NCBI GenBank assembly: GCA_965201075.1
Contig: CBDAVP010000005.1
Location: 124,001-188,000, forward strand
Reading direction: 5' to 3'
From: Isosphaeraceae bacterium
Lineage (GTDB): Bacteria > Planctomycetota > Planctomycetia > Isosphaerales > Isosphaeraceae
DNA: 64,000 nt
Both the position numbers and the translations under genes were made by a program. Shown in pieces: positions 10,921 through 21,201 of the stretch. How positions within the stretch are numbered: position 1 is the first letter of the stretch; the number at the start of each line of letters is the position of its first letter. The notes under the pieces are model-generated. The model was not told the origin of the DNA, made no database searches, and worked only from the letters and a program-made list of their open reading frames with translations.

Positions 10921-11438
10921 GCGACAATCCCCCTTGAACCGAAGCCAGCCGGCCCAGCGAATCCCCAGAGATCGACGCAAGAACGGTCATCCGCATCGTA
11001 ACGTGATCGCCGCCCGGACGCATCCGACGACTCCAACCTCGATCACGAAAGATTCCGATCCGACCGTCTCTATTTCCGAACCCGACTCCCGGCGATAACA
11101 GTTATGCTGTCCCAGGACACCCTCGCCAGCATGATTCGTGAGAAGGTTCAGGGCAAACCGCCCCGACCCCGTCGTGTCGAGGCGAAAATCCAGCTTTTCC
11201 CCCTTCTCCCCATGCGAACCCCATTTTCCGTATCCTTGCCGTCATTCTGGGAATCCTCAGCCTGCCGGTGATCGTCATGGATTTCTGGCGAAATTGGCCA
11301 CCCGGCCAGTTCCGGTTATATTTTCTCCTCACCGAGGCCGCCGTACTTACGCCTTTCTGAGTTACGGTCTGGAGACCGGTACACTGGCCACCACCAAGCC
11401 TGATCGGACTTCTCAACCACGCGGCCCGGCCTCGATGG

Positions 11439-13319
11439 ATGAGAGGGATACCGCCACGGGAGCCGCGCCGGATGCGCTTTGATCTTTCCGACCCGGATGG
11501 TTTCCGAGGCAAACGTGCGACCCCGATCAGGAACCGGCTTACCCGCTTGTTGTTCCTGAAGACATTCGTCGTGCTTTGCCTCGGAACATGGACGCTCGCC
11601 TGTTCTCGTGACCTACCCCCAAAACAACCGGTACGCCGCCCTCCGACGCCGCGGGTCCGTCACATCCCGATCCGGCCAAGCGCGTTGACGACGGTCCGAT
11701 TCGCCGAGGTCTCGGAGGCCGCCGGAATTCGCTTCCATCACTTCGACGACCGCGGTCCGATGAACTACCTGATGGACTCCACGGGCCCAGGATTGGCCTG
11801 GCTCGACCACGACGGCGACGGTTTCATGGACCTGTACCTCGTCCAGGGCTCGACCATCGTCGGTCCTCCGCCCAACCCGTCGCCCACCGGACGCCTTTTC
11901 CGCAACGAAGGCCCCGGCCACTTCCGGGATGTGACCGAAACCGCGGGCCTCACCCCCGTCGGAGTCGGTCAGGGAGCGGCCGTCGGCGACATCGACAACG
12001 ATGGCGACCCCGACCTCTTCCTGACCTTTTATGGCCGGCCCAACGCTCTGTTTCGCAACGACGGCGGCCGATTCGTCGATATCAGCAACGCCACCGGAAT
12101 CTCCCAAAGTGTACCCGGTCGATCCGGCCCCAACTGGTCCACCAGCGCCGCGTTCCTTGACTTTGACGCCGACGGCCGCCTCGACCTGTTCGTCGGCAAC
12201 TACGTGCAGGTCGACCTCGACCACTATCCCCTTTGCCTGGCTCCCGGAACCACCGACCGCGCCTCCTGCCCGCCGAAATTGTTCGCGGGCTCTCCGTGCT
12301 CCCTCTACCGGAACCGGGGCGATGGGACCTTCGAGGACGTCAGTCACTCTTCGGGCATCGACGCCGCCGAAGCCAAGGCGCTGGGTGTCGTCGCCCTCGA
12401 CCTTGATGAGGACGGCAAGACCGACCTCTTCGTCGCCAACGACGGCGCTCCGAACCTGCTGTTCCGCAACCTCGGCGACGGCCATTTCGAGTTGATCGGT
12501 CCCGCCTCGGGCGCCTCGCTCAACGCTTATGGCCAAACCCAGGCGTACATGGGCGTCGACGCCGAGGACCTCGATGGCGACAAGCTCCCCGACCTTTACC
12601 TGACCGCCTTTGCCAACGAAGCCGACACCCTCTACCACAACGAGGGCGAGGGTGCCTTTCGGGACGCCATCCGGGATAGCCATCTCGGCCAGGCCACCTA
12701 TTCCGGTCTGGCCTTCGGCGTCGCGATCCTGGACGCCGACCGAGACGGCCAGCCCGACCTTTTCGTGGCCAACGGGCACGTCGACCCGACCGTCGACCGC
12801 GCTGGCGACCCCACCAACACCTTCCGCCAATCCGCCCAGTTTTACCAGAACCAGGGCCAGGGAGAGTTCGCCGATCGGTCGTCCCTCGCCGGACCCTATT
12901 TCGCGGACCGCCACTTGGGCCGGGGCGTGGCCCCATGCGACTATGACAACGACGGCCACCCCGACCTCGCCGTCGCAAACAGCGGCGAATCGACCGCCCT
13001 ACTGCACAACGAGTCGATTGACGACAACCACTGGGTTCGCCTCACTCTTCAAGGAACCCGAAGCTCCCGAGACGCCATCGGCGCCCGCGTGACTTTAAAA
13101 CTGCCGGATGGCCAAACCCTGGTCCGTCACCGCAAGGGCGGAGGCGGCTACCTGTCTTCGGCCGACCCGAGGCTCCTGATCGGTCTCGGGACTGCGACCC
13201 GCGCCGGGACCCTCGAAATTCGCTGGCCGTCGGGAACGGTGCAGACCCTTGGCCCCCTGGAAGGCGACCAGGGCTACCGAGTGATCGAAGGTTCCGATCA
13301 CGTGGAACTGACGCCTTGA
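11439..13319 (+). CDS. CRTAC1-family FG-GAP repeat protein with ASPIC/UnbV domain, probable lipoprotein (true start may be TTG 11547)
   Basis: Repeated D.D.DG..DL motifs; C-terminal DAIGARV...GGGYLS...GLG...IRWPSG; lipobox-like LAC. Confidence 0.9.
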   Translation: MRGIPPREPRRMRFDLSDPDGFRGKRATPIRNRLTRLLFLKTFVVLCLGTWTLACSRDLPPKQPVRRPPTPRVRHIPIRPSALTTVRFAEVSEAAGIRFHHFDDRGPMNYLMDSTGPGLAWLDHDGDGFMDLYLVQGSTIVGPPPNPSPTGRLFRNEGPGHFRDVTETAGLTPVGVGQGAAVGDIDNDGDPDLFLTFYGRPNALFRNDGGRFVDISNATGISQSVPGRSGPNWSTSAAFLDFDADGRLDLFVGNYVQVDLDHYPLCLAPGTTDRASCPPKLFAGSPCSLYRNRGDGTFEDVSHSSGIDAAEAKALGVVALDLDEDGKTDLFVANDGAPNLLFRNLGDGHFELIGPASGASLNAYGQTQAYMGVDAEDLDGDKLPDLYLTAFANEADTLYHNEGEGAFRDAIRDSHLGQATYSGLAFGVAILDADRDGQPDLFVANGHVDPTVDRAGDPTNTFRQSAQFYQNQGQGEFADRSSLAGPYFADRHLGRGVAPCDYDNDGHPDLAVANSGESTALLHNESIDDNHWVRLTLQGTRSSRDAIGARVTLKLPDGQTLVRHRKGGGGYLSSADPRLLIGLGTATRAGTLEIRWPSGTVQTLGPLEGDQGYRVIEGSDHVELTP

Positions 13320-13333
13320 AGGCCGTTCAGCCC

Positions 13334-14425
13334 TCACTTCACCAGGGGAAACGGCGCCTCTTCTAGGGCCGGCTTCACCCACGTCCCGAAGTGGGCCGTC
13401 GGCGCGTAGTCCCAGCCGGCGATCAGGGCTGGCCTGGCGAAGGGGTGGAAGTCCCAGGCGGTCCAGTGCCAGTCATGACGGCGGAGCACCTCCAGCACCT
13501 GCTTGACCCATTCCTCCCCGGTCTGGCCCGTCCTTCCTTTCGGGTCGCTGCCAAACTCGCCGATGTACAGTGGCAATTCCCGGCCGGCCACTTCCATTTT
13601 CGCCTCCCACGCCTCCACCGTGTCTCCCTTGAACGGATAGGCATGATTCGCATAAAGCACCCCGCGGCCGTCGGGGTCGGCCAGCTTGCGGCCTTCGAGT
13701 ATCCCCGACAGGTCGTAGGACCAGTTCAAGCCCCCCACCACGACCACGTTCCGCGCCCCCTTCGCGCGGACCACGTTGAGCAGACGTTGCATTCCAACCG
13801 CCTCGAACATCTCGCCCGCTCGCCCCTTGTCGTTCCGATCGCGGACCTCACCCCCCTTCAGCCACACGTCCCAGCTCACGTCATGAGGTTCGTTATACAG
13901 GTCGAACAACACGGCCGGTTCGTCCCGGTACGCCTCGGCGACCGCCTCCCAGAACGTCAGGCTGTTGCGGTCCGGCATAACGTGCTGACCAATTTCCTTC
14001 CCCCAAGTCCCCGCGTCCGACCAGTGCAAATCCAGCAGGACGTAAGCCCCTCGGCGAACACACGAGTTCACCACCTGTCGCACCAGATCGCGATACGCAT
14101 CGCCCTCGTCCGACTGTTTGGGAGCCTTGCCGAACCAGCAATCTTGCGACAAGGGGACGCGGACGAGGTTCGACCTCCATTGCTCCACGGCCACCCTCAC
14201 GCTTTCCAGAATGTGCCCCTCACCGGTGGTCGACCACTCCAGGGAAGCCGCGTTGACCCCTCGCAACCGCACCGGTTGCCCTTGCTCATTCAGGAGTTTC
14301 AACCCCTCAACCTTCAAGGGCCCGAGCTTTGGGACTTCCGCCTCGGCTGCGGACGTCATCCCTGGTGAGGTGAGCCGGCACCCCAGCATCGCCAATGAGA
14401 TTCCAACGACTGCCTTTTTCAACAT
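13334..14425 (-). CDS. Glycoside hydrolase family 5 (cellulase-like), secreted
   Basis: LRGVN, LDLHW, YNEP (acid/base), HAY, IGEFG (nucleophile), WTAW; N-terminal signal peptide. Confidence 0.9.
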   Translation of the reverse strand: MLKKAVVGISLAMLGCRLTSPGMTSAAEAEVPKLGPLKVEGLKLLNEQGQPVRLRGVNAASLEWSTTGEGHILESVRVAVEQWRSNLVRVPLSQDCWFGKAPKQSDEGDAYRDLVRQVVNSCVRRGAYVLLDLHWSDAGTWGKEIGQHVMPDRNSLTFWEAVAEAYRDEPAVLFDLYNEPHDVSWDVWLKGGEVRDRNDKGRAGEMFEAVGMQRLLNVVRAKGARNVVVVGGLNWSYDLSGILEGRKLADPDGRGVLYANHAYPFKGDTVEAWEAKMEVAGRELPLYIGEFGSDPKGRTGQTGEEWVKQVLEVLRRHDWHWTAWDFHPFARPALIAGWDYAPTAHFGTWVKPALEEAPFPLVK

Positions 14426-14502
14426 CGTCCTCCAAGGAACCAGTGAGTTTCAGTTTCGGAGATTCAGAGGGTCGCCCCGGCGCAGCAAGTTCCCAGAGCT
14501 AA

Positions 14503-15421
14503 CTGGCTGTCCTTAGGGTCGATGTCTCCATACGAGAGAGCCCCATGAAGGGGGCTCAGCCCGACTTGCGGTAGCGGATCTCGGCGTCGACTCCCTCGGG
14601 CCGGAGCCGGTAGACCATCAATTGGATCATGGCCAACTTGACGAACGAATCCGAGGAGAGCACGCTCTTCTCACGGTTCTTGCTCAGGCGCCGCCAGCGG
14701 CCCAGCCACGCAAAAGTCCGCTCTACCTTCCACCGGATTGGCAGCTTCACCCAGCCCTCCGAGCCCTCGGGGCGGCGCACGATCGTCAGGTGCCTGTTCG
14801 CGATCGCCTCGACCCACTCGTATAGCTTGAAGTTGTGATACTTCGTGTCGGCGTACATCCGCACGACCTTGTTCATTGGCTGCTCCTCAAGGGGGGAATA
14901 CCTTGGAGGTCTGCTTGGCGTCGTCGACGCTGGCGGCCGTCACCCGCGCCGCCAGCAGCAAGCCCATGCGGTCGAACACGATGTGGCGCTTTCGGCCGTC
15001 GACGTTCTTGGCGTTGTCGCGGCCCCGCTGCTCGCCGCCGGAGGTGGTGTCGACGGATTGGCTGTCGACACTGGCGGTGGTGCGGGGGTGGTAGGGCTTC
15101 TCCGCCCTGCGGACCTTGCGCCGGAGGAGGTCATGGATCGTGTCCAGGGTGCCGTCGTGCCGCCACCGGTCGTAGTAGCGCCAGACGGTGCTCTTGGGGG
15201 GAAGGTCCCGGGGAAAACACCGCCACTGGCATCGGGTGAGGAGGATATATAAGACGGCGTCGAGGGTGTCCCGGTCGTGGGTCTCGCGGGGCCGACCGTC
15301 CGGGGGGGCGATGGGCAGGTGGGGCTCGATCAGGGGCCAGTGGTCGTTGGTGAGGTCGCAGGGGTAGTGGTGCGTGCCCATCCGACTTCTACGTCGCCAA
15401 GCCTCGTTAAAGGACAGTCTT
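14503..15421 (-). mobile_element. IS5-family insertion sequence (IS1031-like), degenerate; ends approximate
   Basis: Contains the split transposase; short imperfect inverted repeat core CTGTCCTT at 14507-14514 and AAGGACAG at 15410-15417. Confidence 0.7.
14556..15381 (-). pseudogene. IS5-family transposase, frameshifted near 14890
   Basis: ORF 14887-15381 (YPCDLT..W, DSQSV, GRKRHIVFD) and ORF 14556-14876 (YADTKY, RWKVERTFAWLGRWRRL) lie in different frames, joined at a C6 tract. Confidence 0.85.
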
Positions 15422-15755
15422 TGAGCGTTAGGTGTCCGTCGGTCATCGCCATGTTGGTGCCGGGAGGGATGACGTAGACCCGATTGACCTCGACAGCCAT
15501 CCCCTCGGTCACTTCCAGCACGGGCATGCGGCTGACACGGCCCAGTCGAGGAGCCAGTTCGCTCTTGTGAGTGGGGTCGAGGTAACTGACCAGCAGGAGG
15601 GGCAGCCCGGCTTCGGCCGGCAACCCAGTCAGCAGTTCAGCGTACGCGACGAGACCACCGGCCGACGCGCCGACTCCAACGACGGGAAACGGCAGGCCGG
15701 GCGCCTCGCCTGGCCCTTGCTCGGGAGGGGATGGATCGAAGCTTTCCTCTTGCAC
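15418..15755 (-). pseudogene. N-terminal fragment of a CheB methylesterase (CheB/CheR fusion type), truncated by IS5
   Basis: PVVGVGASAGGL, YLDPTHKS, NRVYVIPPG..M...DGHLTL, then runs into IS sequence; the QHLDP His is replaced by Tyr. Confidence 0.8.
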
Positions 15756-15899
15756 GACACCCTCACGATTCAAGGCCGGCGTGCGCGAATCTCTTGGATA
15801 GTACCTCCAGGGGAGGCACGGGGGGGGCCACAATGCGACCCCCGCCCAATTCATGGCCACCTCGTCATCCTACAGTCGCTCGATGCTAGAAGCATCGGA

Positions 15900-16922
15900 T
15901 CAAGGTTGGAGATTGGCCACGTGGTTGAGCTTCATCAGCCGTCCGGAGACGTTCCAGTCCTGAACGTAAAGCCCGCCGTCGGCCGACCAGGACGAGCCGT
16001 GCGTGCCGCTAAAGATCCCTTCGATCCAGTTGGGCTGGGGGACGTTGAAGTTGCCGCCCTGCGCGGGGTCGGGATTGTTCCCTAGCACCGAGATGATGGT
16101 GTTGGTCTTGTCGAGGATGACCACGCGGCCATTCAGGTCGGGCACCGAAACGAAGTCGCCCTGGACGGACGCCGAGGTCGGCATCCCCAATCCGGTCACG
16201 ATTTCATCGATGAACGAACCGTCGAGTCCGTAGTGCAGGAGCCGGCCCTTGGGCTGATGGTTGCGGTCGCAGATCAAAAGCCGGGGGGGAGCGTAGCGGG
16301 TGTCGAGGGTCATCCCGTGGGCGGTGTTGAATTCCTTCAAGCCGTTGCCCTTGGTGCCGAAGTGCATGAGGTATTTGCCGGTCTTGTCGAACTTGAAGAT
16401 GTGGTCGCTGGCGTAGCCGTCGGCCAGGAAGATTTCGCCCTCGGGTGCGACGGTGATCGCCGTGGGGTTGAACTTCGTGAGGCTGAGGCCGGATTCCGCC
16501 GGGTAGGGGAGTTTGAGGACGATCTCGCCGGACTGAGCGCGGAACTTGATCCCCTCGGCGTTGTTGTTGCGGGCTCCGTAGATGTACTCGCCATCGGCCT
16601 CCTGGCGAATCTTCATGTCGTGGAGGTCGGAGTGCTGGTCGTCCAGGAAGGTTCGGAGGACCTTGCCCTCGGGGGTGAAGACAAAGACACCGGCGTGGGC
16701 ACTGGTGTAGATGTTGCCTTCCTTGTCGACGACGACGCCGCCGTGGGTGGGCCCCAGGACCGATTTGCCGTCGGGGCCGAGGCCCCAGGCGGGGACGGTG
16801 TCAAAGGTCATCGCGCCGCAACCCATGCGCACAGGTTGGGTGGTCTCGGCCGCGGGCGTGGCCGTCGGGGCCGCGAGGGCGAGGAGGACGGTCCAGGCGA
16901 GGATGGGGATGCGTTGCGTCAC
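15900..16922 (-). CDS. Secreted NHL-repeat beta-propeller protein
   Basis: Signal peptide from GTG 16922; PTAITVAP.GEIFLADGY, FNTAHG, ICDRNH, THGSSW..DG.LYVQDWN. Confidence 0.8.
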   Translation of the reverse strand: MTQRIPILAWTVLLALAAPTATPAAETTQPVRMGCGAMTFDTVPAWGLGPDGKSVLGPTHGGVVVDKEGNIYTSAHAGVFVFTPEGKVLRTFLDDQHSDLHDMKIRQEADGEYIYGARNNNAEGIKFRAQSGEIVLKLPYPAESGLSLTKFNPTAITVAPEGEIFLADGYASDHIFKFDKTGKYLMHFGTKGNGLKEFNTAHGMTLDTRYAPPRLLICDRNHQPKGRLLHYGLDGSFIDEIVTGLGMPTSASVQGDFVSVPDLNGRVVILDKTNTIISVLGNNPDPAQGGNFNVPQPNWIEGIFSGTHGSSWSADGGLYVQDWNVSGRLMKLNHVANLQP

Positions 16923-17198
16923 GGTCGGGTCTCCTGGCGGTCGGTCAAAAATGGTTGCGGATTGCTGGGAACCGCCGGTGAGGGGGAGTTTGGCCGGCGG
17001 ACACCTGGGATCAGAGCCTATCAGTCCCAAGGGCTCGGGGTAAGTTCGCGGTGGGGGACAAGTCGCCAGGGAGCGCTTGGCCGGTTTTCGCGTGCGGAGG
17101 GTGGAGGGATTCGATAGGATCGGGTCAACGCCCGGGGAAGTCCGTTGGGCGAAGGGTTCCGAGTCGACTCCGGGTAGGCCATTGAGGAGTGCCGACAG

Positions 17199-18413
17199 AT
17201 GAACGAACCGCAATCCCAACCGATCGACCGCCGAGGGTTTCTCCAGGTAGGTTTGGCCGCGACCGCGGCGACCACGGCGCTGGCTTCCGGTGGCCTGGCC
17301 AACGCGGCCGATGCCCCCGCGGCGGGCGCGCCCAAGAAGGAGTTGCCCCGGCGAGTCCTGGGCAAGACCGGGGTGGAAGTCACTCTTTTGAACCACGGCA
17401 CCGTCGGCGAGCCCGCCGGGTTGAGCCGTCTCTTGCGAGTGGCCTATCACGAAGGCGTCCGCTACTTCGACACCGCCGAGGGGTACAAAAATTCCGAGAA
17501 GGTCATCGGCGACTGGCTGACGGCGATGCCCGAGGTTCGCAAGACGATCTTCCTGGCCACCAAGAGCCATGTGAAGACCCCCTCGGACATGATGGCCAAG
17601 CTCGACCAAAGGCTGGCCAACCTCAAGACCGACTACATCGACCTCTTGTTCTTCCACGGGCTGGACACCCCGCAGACCGACTGGCCCAAGAGCAAGGAAC
17701 TGAAGGACGCCATCGAGGCGATCAAAAAGACCGGCAAGGTGAAGTTCGTGGGATTCTCGACCCACGACGCGATGATCGCCGAGCAGATCCAGAACGCCGC
17801 CGAAGGCGGGTTCGTTGACGCGATCATGCTGAAATACACCCCCTGGCTGGACAGGGACGCGCCGCTGAACAAAGCGCTTGATGCCTGCCATGCCAAGGGA
17901 ATCGGCCTGATCTCGATGAAGCAGTTGGCGGGCCAGACCGAGTTCACCGCCGAGCACGTCCCCTCAATCAAGGCCAAGGGACTGACCCCCGCGCAAGGGT
18001 TGCTCCAGGCAATCTGGACCGACGAGCGGTTCTCGGCCTCTTGCGTGACCTTGAGGAACGTCGAGCAGGTCGCCGAGAACGCTGATGCCGCTCGGCGGTT
18101 CGAGCCCTTGAAGCAGGCCGAGATTGACGAACTACGCGACGCGGTGCTGGCCTCGAACCCGACAATGTGCCCGGGCTGCGACGGCCGCTGCTCGCTTGCC
18201 GCCGGGACCAAAGCCAAGCTAGGCGACCTGGCCCGGTTCTACACGTATTACGAATCTCACGGGATGCGAGGAGTTGCCAGAGAGGAGTACGCGGCGCTGG
18301 CGGCCGAGGCCCGCGACTGGTCCGGGGCCGACCTGGTTGCCGCCCGCGAAGCCTGCCATCACAAGCTCGACTTTTCGAAGTTGCTGCCGGAAGTCGATCG
18401 GCTGTTGTCCTGA
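17199..18413 (+). CDS. Aldo/keto reductase with Tat signal and C-terminal Cys cluster
   Basis: RRGFLQ, RRVLGKTG, YFDTAEGY..SE, LKTDYIDL, GFSTH; CPGCDGRC...C. Confidence 0.9.
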   Translation: MNEPQSQPIDRRGFLQVGLAATAATTALASGGLANAADAPAAGAPKKELPRRVLGKTGVEVTLLNHGTVGEPAGLSRLLRVAYHEGVRYFDTAEGYKNSEKVIGDWLTAMPEVRKTIFLATKSHVKTPSDMMAKLDQRLANLKTDYIDLLFFHGLDTPQTDWPKSKELKDAIEAIKKTGKVKFVGFSTHDAMIAEQIQNAAEGGFVDAIMLKYTPWLDRDAPLNKALDACHAKGIGLISMKQLAGQTEFTAEHVPSIKAKGLTPAQGLLQAIWTDERFSASCVTLRNVEQVAENADAARRFEPLKQAEIDELRDAVLASNPTMCPGCDGRCSLAAGTKAKLGDLARFYTYYESHGMRGVAREEYAALAAEARDWSGADLVAAREACHHKLDFSKLLPEVDRLLS

Positions 18414-18419
18414 ATGAGC

Positions 18420-18452
18420 GCATCGGGCCGGGGCCTGGCCTCGGCCCGATGC
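18420..18452 (+). terminator. Strong hairpin after the AKR gene (terminator-like, no U-tract)
   Basis: GCATCGGGCCG...CGGCCCGATGC perfect 11-bp stem, extendable, starting 7 nt after the stop codon. Confidence 0.5.
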
Positions 18453-19079
18453 AGCGAAATGCCTCATAGACCGCTACCGAGCAGTCTGAGGGCGCGCGTC
18501 CTCCTGGACACGACTCAGGTCATACGGTTGACGTAACGATCTTGCGGGTGTGATTCGCGAGGAATCGACGGGCATGGAAGGGTTACGCGGGAGATCCTGG
18601 AGTGAGGAGCGGCCTCGTCCGCGAACGCGGGATTGGTGGGGATGGCGAACTGGGAACGAGCATTGAGGCGCGGTTTTTGGATCAGGCTTTGCGCCGACGA
18701 CTCGGAGTGTAATCCCTCTCGGGCAAACCGCTGGGATTGGTGGCGGGATTCGCTAACCCCTTGAGTGGTCTCATCGGGTAGGACGCGACGGTCTTGCCCG
18801 AATGGGATCGGCGTGGTCGGCGCGTGCCTGGGATCGAGCGGTGTCTGGTTGGGCCCGAACGCCCCTGCGTCTTCACGCGCGGGGGCCTCGTCGTTGATTC
18901 GGCGGTCCTGATCCCAGCGAGCTGAGCTATTTGGACCGGCGCGTAAAGCTGGTATGAAGCGGATAGGCGTGCAGTGAATAGAATTTTGGATTGCCAAAAC
19001 TTGAATTATGAGAAGAAAAATACTAGAGTTGGGAACTACGCAGAACTCGCAGGCCTTCTGTTCTTAGGAGGTGACATTC

Positions 19080-20138
19080 ATGATTCATCGAACGCGACGT
19101 GGTCGTCCGGGATTCACCCTGATCGAGTTGTTGGTGGTCCTCACGATCATTGGGGTGCTGATTGGGCTTCTCTTGCCGGCGGTTCAAGCGGCGAGAGAAT
19201 CGGGCCGGCGGATGCAGTGCGTGAACAACCTGAAACAAATGGGCCTGGCGATGGCCAACTACGAATCGGCGTTGCAGGTCTTCCCGCCGTCGTACCTGGG
19301 CGATTCCAAAGCCGTTGGGTCGGCTTATGGGGTGAGTTACCCGGATGGTGGGATCAACACGACGCCGGGATTCGCCTGGGGAACGCTGCTGCTGCCGTAT
19401 CTGGAGCAGTCGCCGCTGTACCAGAGTTGCAACACGAGCCTGCCTTGCTGGGCCCCCGACAACACCACCGCGGCGCATACCAACCTCAGCGTCTTCCTCT
19501 GCCCTGATGCCCTGGGAGGCAGCGAGGGCTTCTCGCCTCACCGTTACACCAATGGGAATTCAGACAGTCCCGACGATGGAGGACCGTTCAATCCGCCATT
19601 GTTTCTGCCTCATAGTCACTACGTCACCAACGCCGGGATCAACCAGCCTTGGGGGCGTACGATGCCCTATTCCTACGACATGGACGTCCCCGAGCCGGTG
19701 CCGGGCCTTCCGGCCGACACCATCACCGGACCGTTCTACAAGAACTCTCACACAAGAATGGCCGACGTGACCGATGGCCTGTCAAATACAGTGTTTGTCG
19801 GCGAACGGTCGTCGTCCATCTCCGATAACACCTGGTTCGGCGTAATTCCGTTCGTGAGCGTGTGGCCAAAGCCAGGACTGCCGTCGGACCCGAACAGCGG
19901 CGGTGACCTGGTGGGCTGCCACAGCGGACCGGACATTCACGACCACCCTCAGGTCATCATCCACCCGCCAAACCACCCGTTCCGACATACTGACGAGATG
20001 TATTCCGACCACCAGTCGGGATGCAACGTCCTCTTCGGCGACGGCTCGGTCAGGTGGGTCAAGCAGTCGATCTATCCGTGGACCTGGGTGGCCCTGTCCA
20101 CCCGCAACGGGAATGAGGTCATCAGTGGCGACTATTGA
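19080..20138 (+). CDS. DUF1559 prepilin-type N-terminal cleavage/methylation protein
   Basis: GFTLIELLVV, LLLPAVQAARE..RR.QC.NNLKQ.GLA, DGLSNT..VGE, H..GCNVLFGDGSV; RBS AGGAGG at 19066. Confidence 0.92.
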   Translation: MIHRTRRGRPGFTLIELLVVLTIIGVLIGLLLPAVQAARESGRRMQCVNNLKQMGLAMANYESALQVFPPSYLGDSKAVGSAYGVSYPDGGINTTPGFAWGTLLLPYLEQSPLYQSCNTSLPCWAPDNTTAAHTNLSVFLCPDALGGSEGFSPHRYTNGNSDSPDDGGPFNPPLFLPHSHYVTNAGINQPWGRTMPYSYDMDVPEPVPGLPADTITGPFYKNSHTRMADVTDGLSNTVFVGERSSSISDNTWFGVIPFVSVWPKPGLPSDPNSGGDLVGCHSGPDIHDHPQVIIHPPNHPFRHTDEMYSDHQSGCNVLFGDGSVRWVKQSIYPWTWVALSTRNGNEVISGDY

Positions 20139-20225
20139 GGGCCTTACCGCAAAACGGATGTCCGTGGCGGGCCCCTCTCGGGCTCCGGATCCTCCCACTC
20201 CCCACCGTGACGCGGAACCGAAACG

Positions 20226-20540
20226 ATGAAACGGACCGGCTACCTTGCCATCTTGCTCTTGCTGCCCATTCTCATGATTGGTGGCTGCGGAGATCCCCCG
20301 CAACTGGGAAGTGACAGGGAGGCGTTCAAGACCGTGGATGCCCTGTACACGGCCTTGGGACTGCGGGACATCAAGATCGTGGATCAATGCGACGAGAAGC
20401 TCCGGAGGCTTCGGGATGAGGGGAAACTTTCCAGAGACGCCTGGAGTCGGATGGATTCGATCATCACCATTGCGAAGCAAGAGAAATGGGAGTCGGCCCT
20501 GGGTCTCCTGAGCCAGTTCATGGAGGGGCAACGCCGTTAA
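20226..20540 (+). CDS. Small lipoprotein associated with the DUF1559 gene
   Basis: MKR + hydrophobic stretch + GGC lipobox; helical mature domain; follows DUF1559. Confidence 0.7.
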   Translation: MKRTGYLAILLLLPILMIGGCGDPPQLGSDREAFKTVDALYTALGLRDIKIVDQCDEKLRRLRDEGKLSRDAWSRMDSIITIAKQEKWESALGLLSQFMEGQRR

Positions 20541-20595
20541 TCCGGTGGGCCAATCAAATCCACGGGGCGACCTTGGCCCGGGTCGGCCCCTGCCC

Positions 20596-20736
20596 TTACA
20601 AACCTAGATTTTGGGCGGCCTTCAGCAGCTTGAACGCTGCCGGGATTAGCAGGGTCATCAGAAGGCCAATAATGGTCAACGCAATCAGCAGTTCGAGCAA
20701 GGATTTTCCCGCCCGCTCGTGGCGTTTCGGATTCAT
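20596..20736 (-). CDS. 46-aa prepilin-like peptide
   Basis: MNPKRHERAG|KSLLELLIALTIIGLLMTLLIPA: basic leader, Gly at -1, Glu at +5, hydrophobic helix. Confidence 0.65.
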   Translation of the reverse strand: MNPKRHERAGKSLLELLIALTIIGLLMTLLIPAAFKLLKAAQNLGL

Positions 20737-21201
20737 CGTTCCACCCCACCCAGAGGCCGAGGCAAGGCCACTCAGTTCCTGACCATCGACCTTCGACTTT
20801 CCAGTATGACATTTGTCGTTGTGCAATGTCAGGGCGAGTGGACGGGATCTCGTGGTGAACTGGTCAAACACTGAACTGATAGGCAATCCGCTGCTCGATT
20901 GAGCCCGAGATGATCCTCGACGGGTGAGTGATTGCTCGAAGTCGACCGAATTGGCCAAATCGGGATCGCGAGCGGGATCGTTCGGCGATTGAGCGGCGAC
21001 TCACCTGGGGCGTCGGCTCTCGGTTTATGTTGATGATCCTCGCAAGGTTTGCGATGGATCGGTGGTGCTCGCCGGGCCTGGTTCCCTTGCGGGGTGTGGG
21101 TGGGCTGGCGTAACCTTGAGAACGGTCGCGAGGGTGTACTGCCCGGCGGACCGGAGTTGTGGTGGGTTGGAGTGGTGGGTTTGAGAGCGAGGTTCCGGAC
21201 G

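Noticed and set aside
11145..11200. GGGCAAACC resembling a c-di-GMP-I riboswitch (also near 18721)
   Set aside because: The GAAA tetraloop stem and the downstream GACGCAAA/P2 elements are absent
14885..14900. Programmed frameshift in the IS5 transposase
   Set aside because: The junction is a C6 run rather than a typical A-rich slippery site, and residues appear lost; mutational decay is more likely
16923..17957. N-terminal half of the 685-aa minus-strand ORF
   Set aside because: Antisense shadow of the AKR gene; the real gene begins with a signal peptide at 16922
18515..18997. 160-aa minus-strand ORF
   Set aside because: No motif, no clear RBS and atypical composition; treated as intergenic
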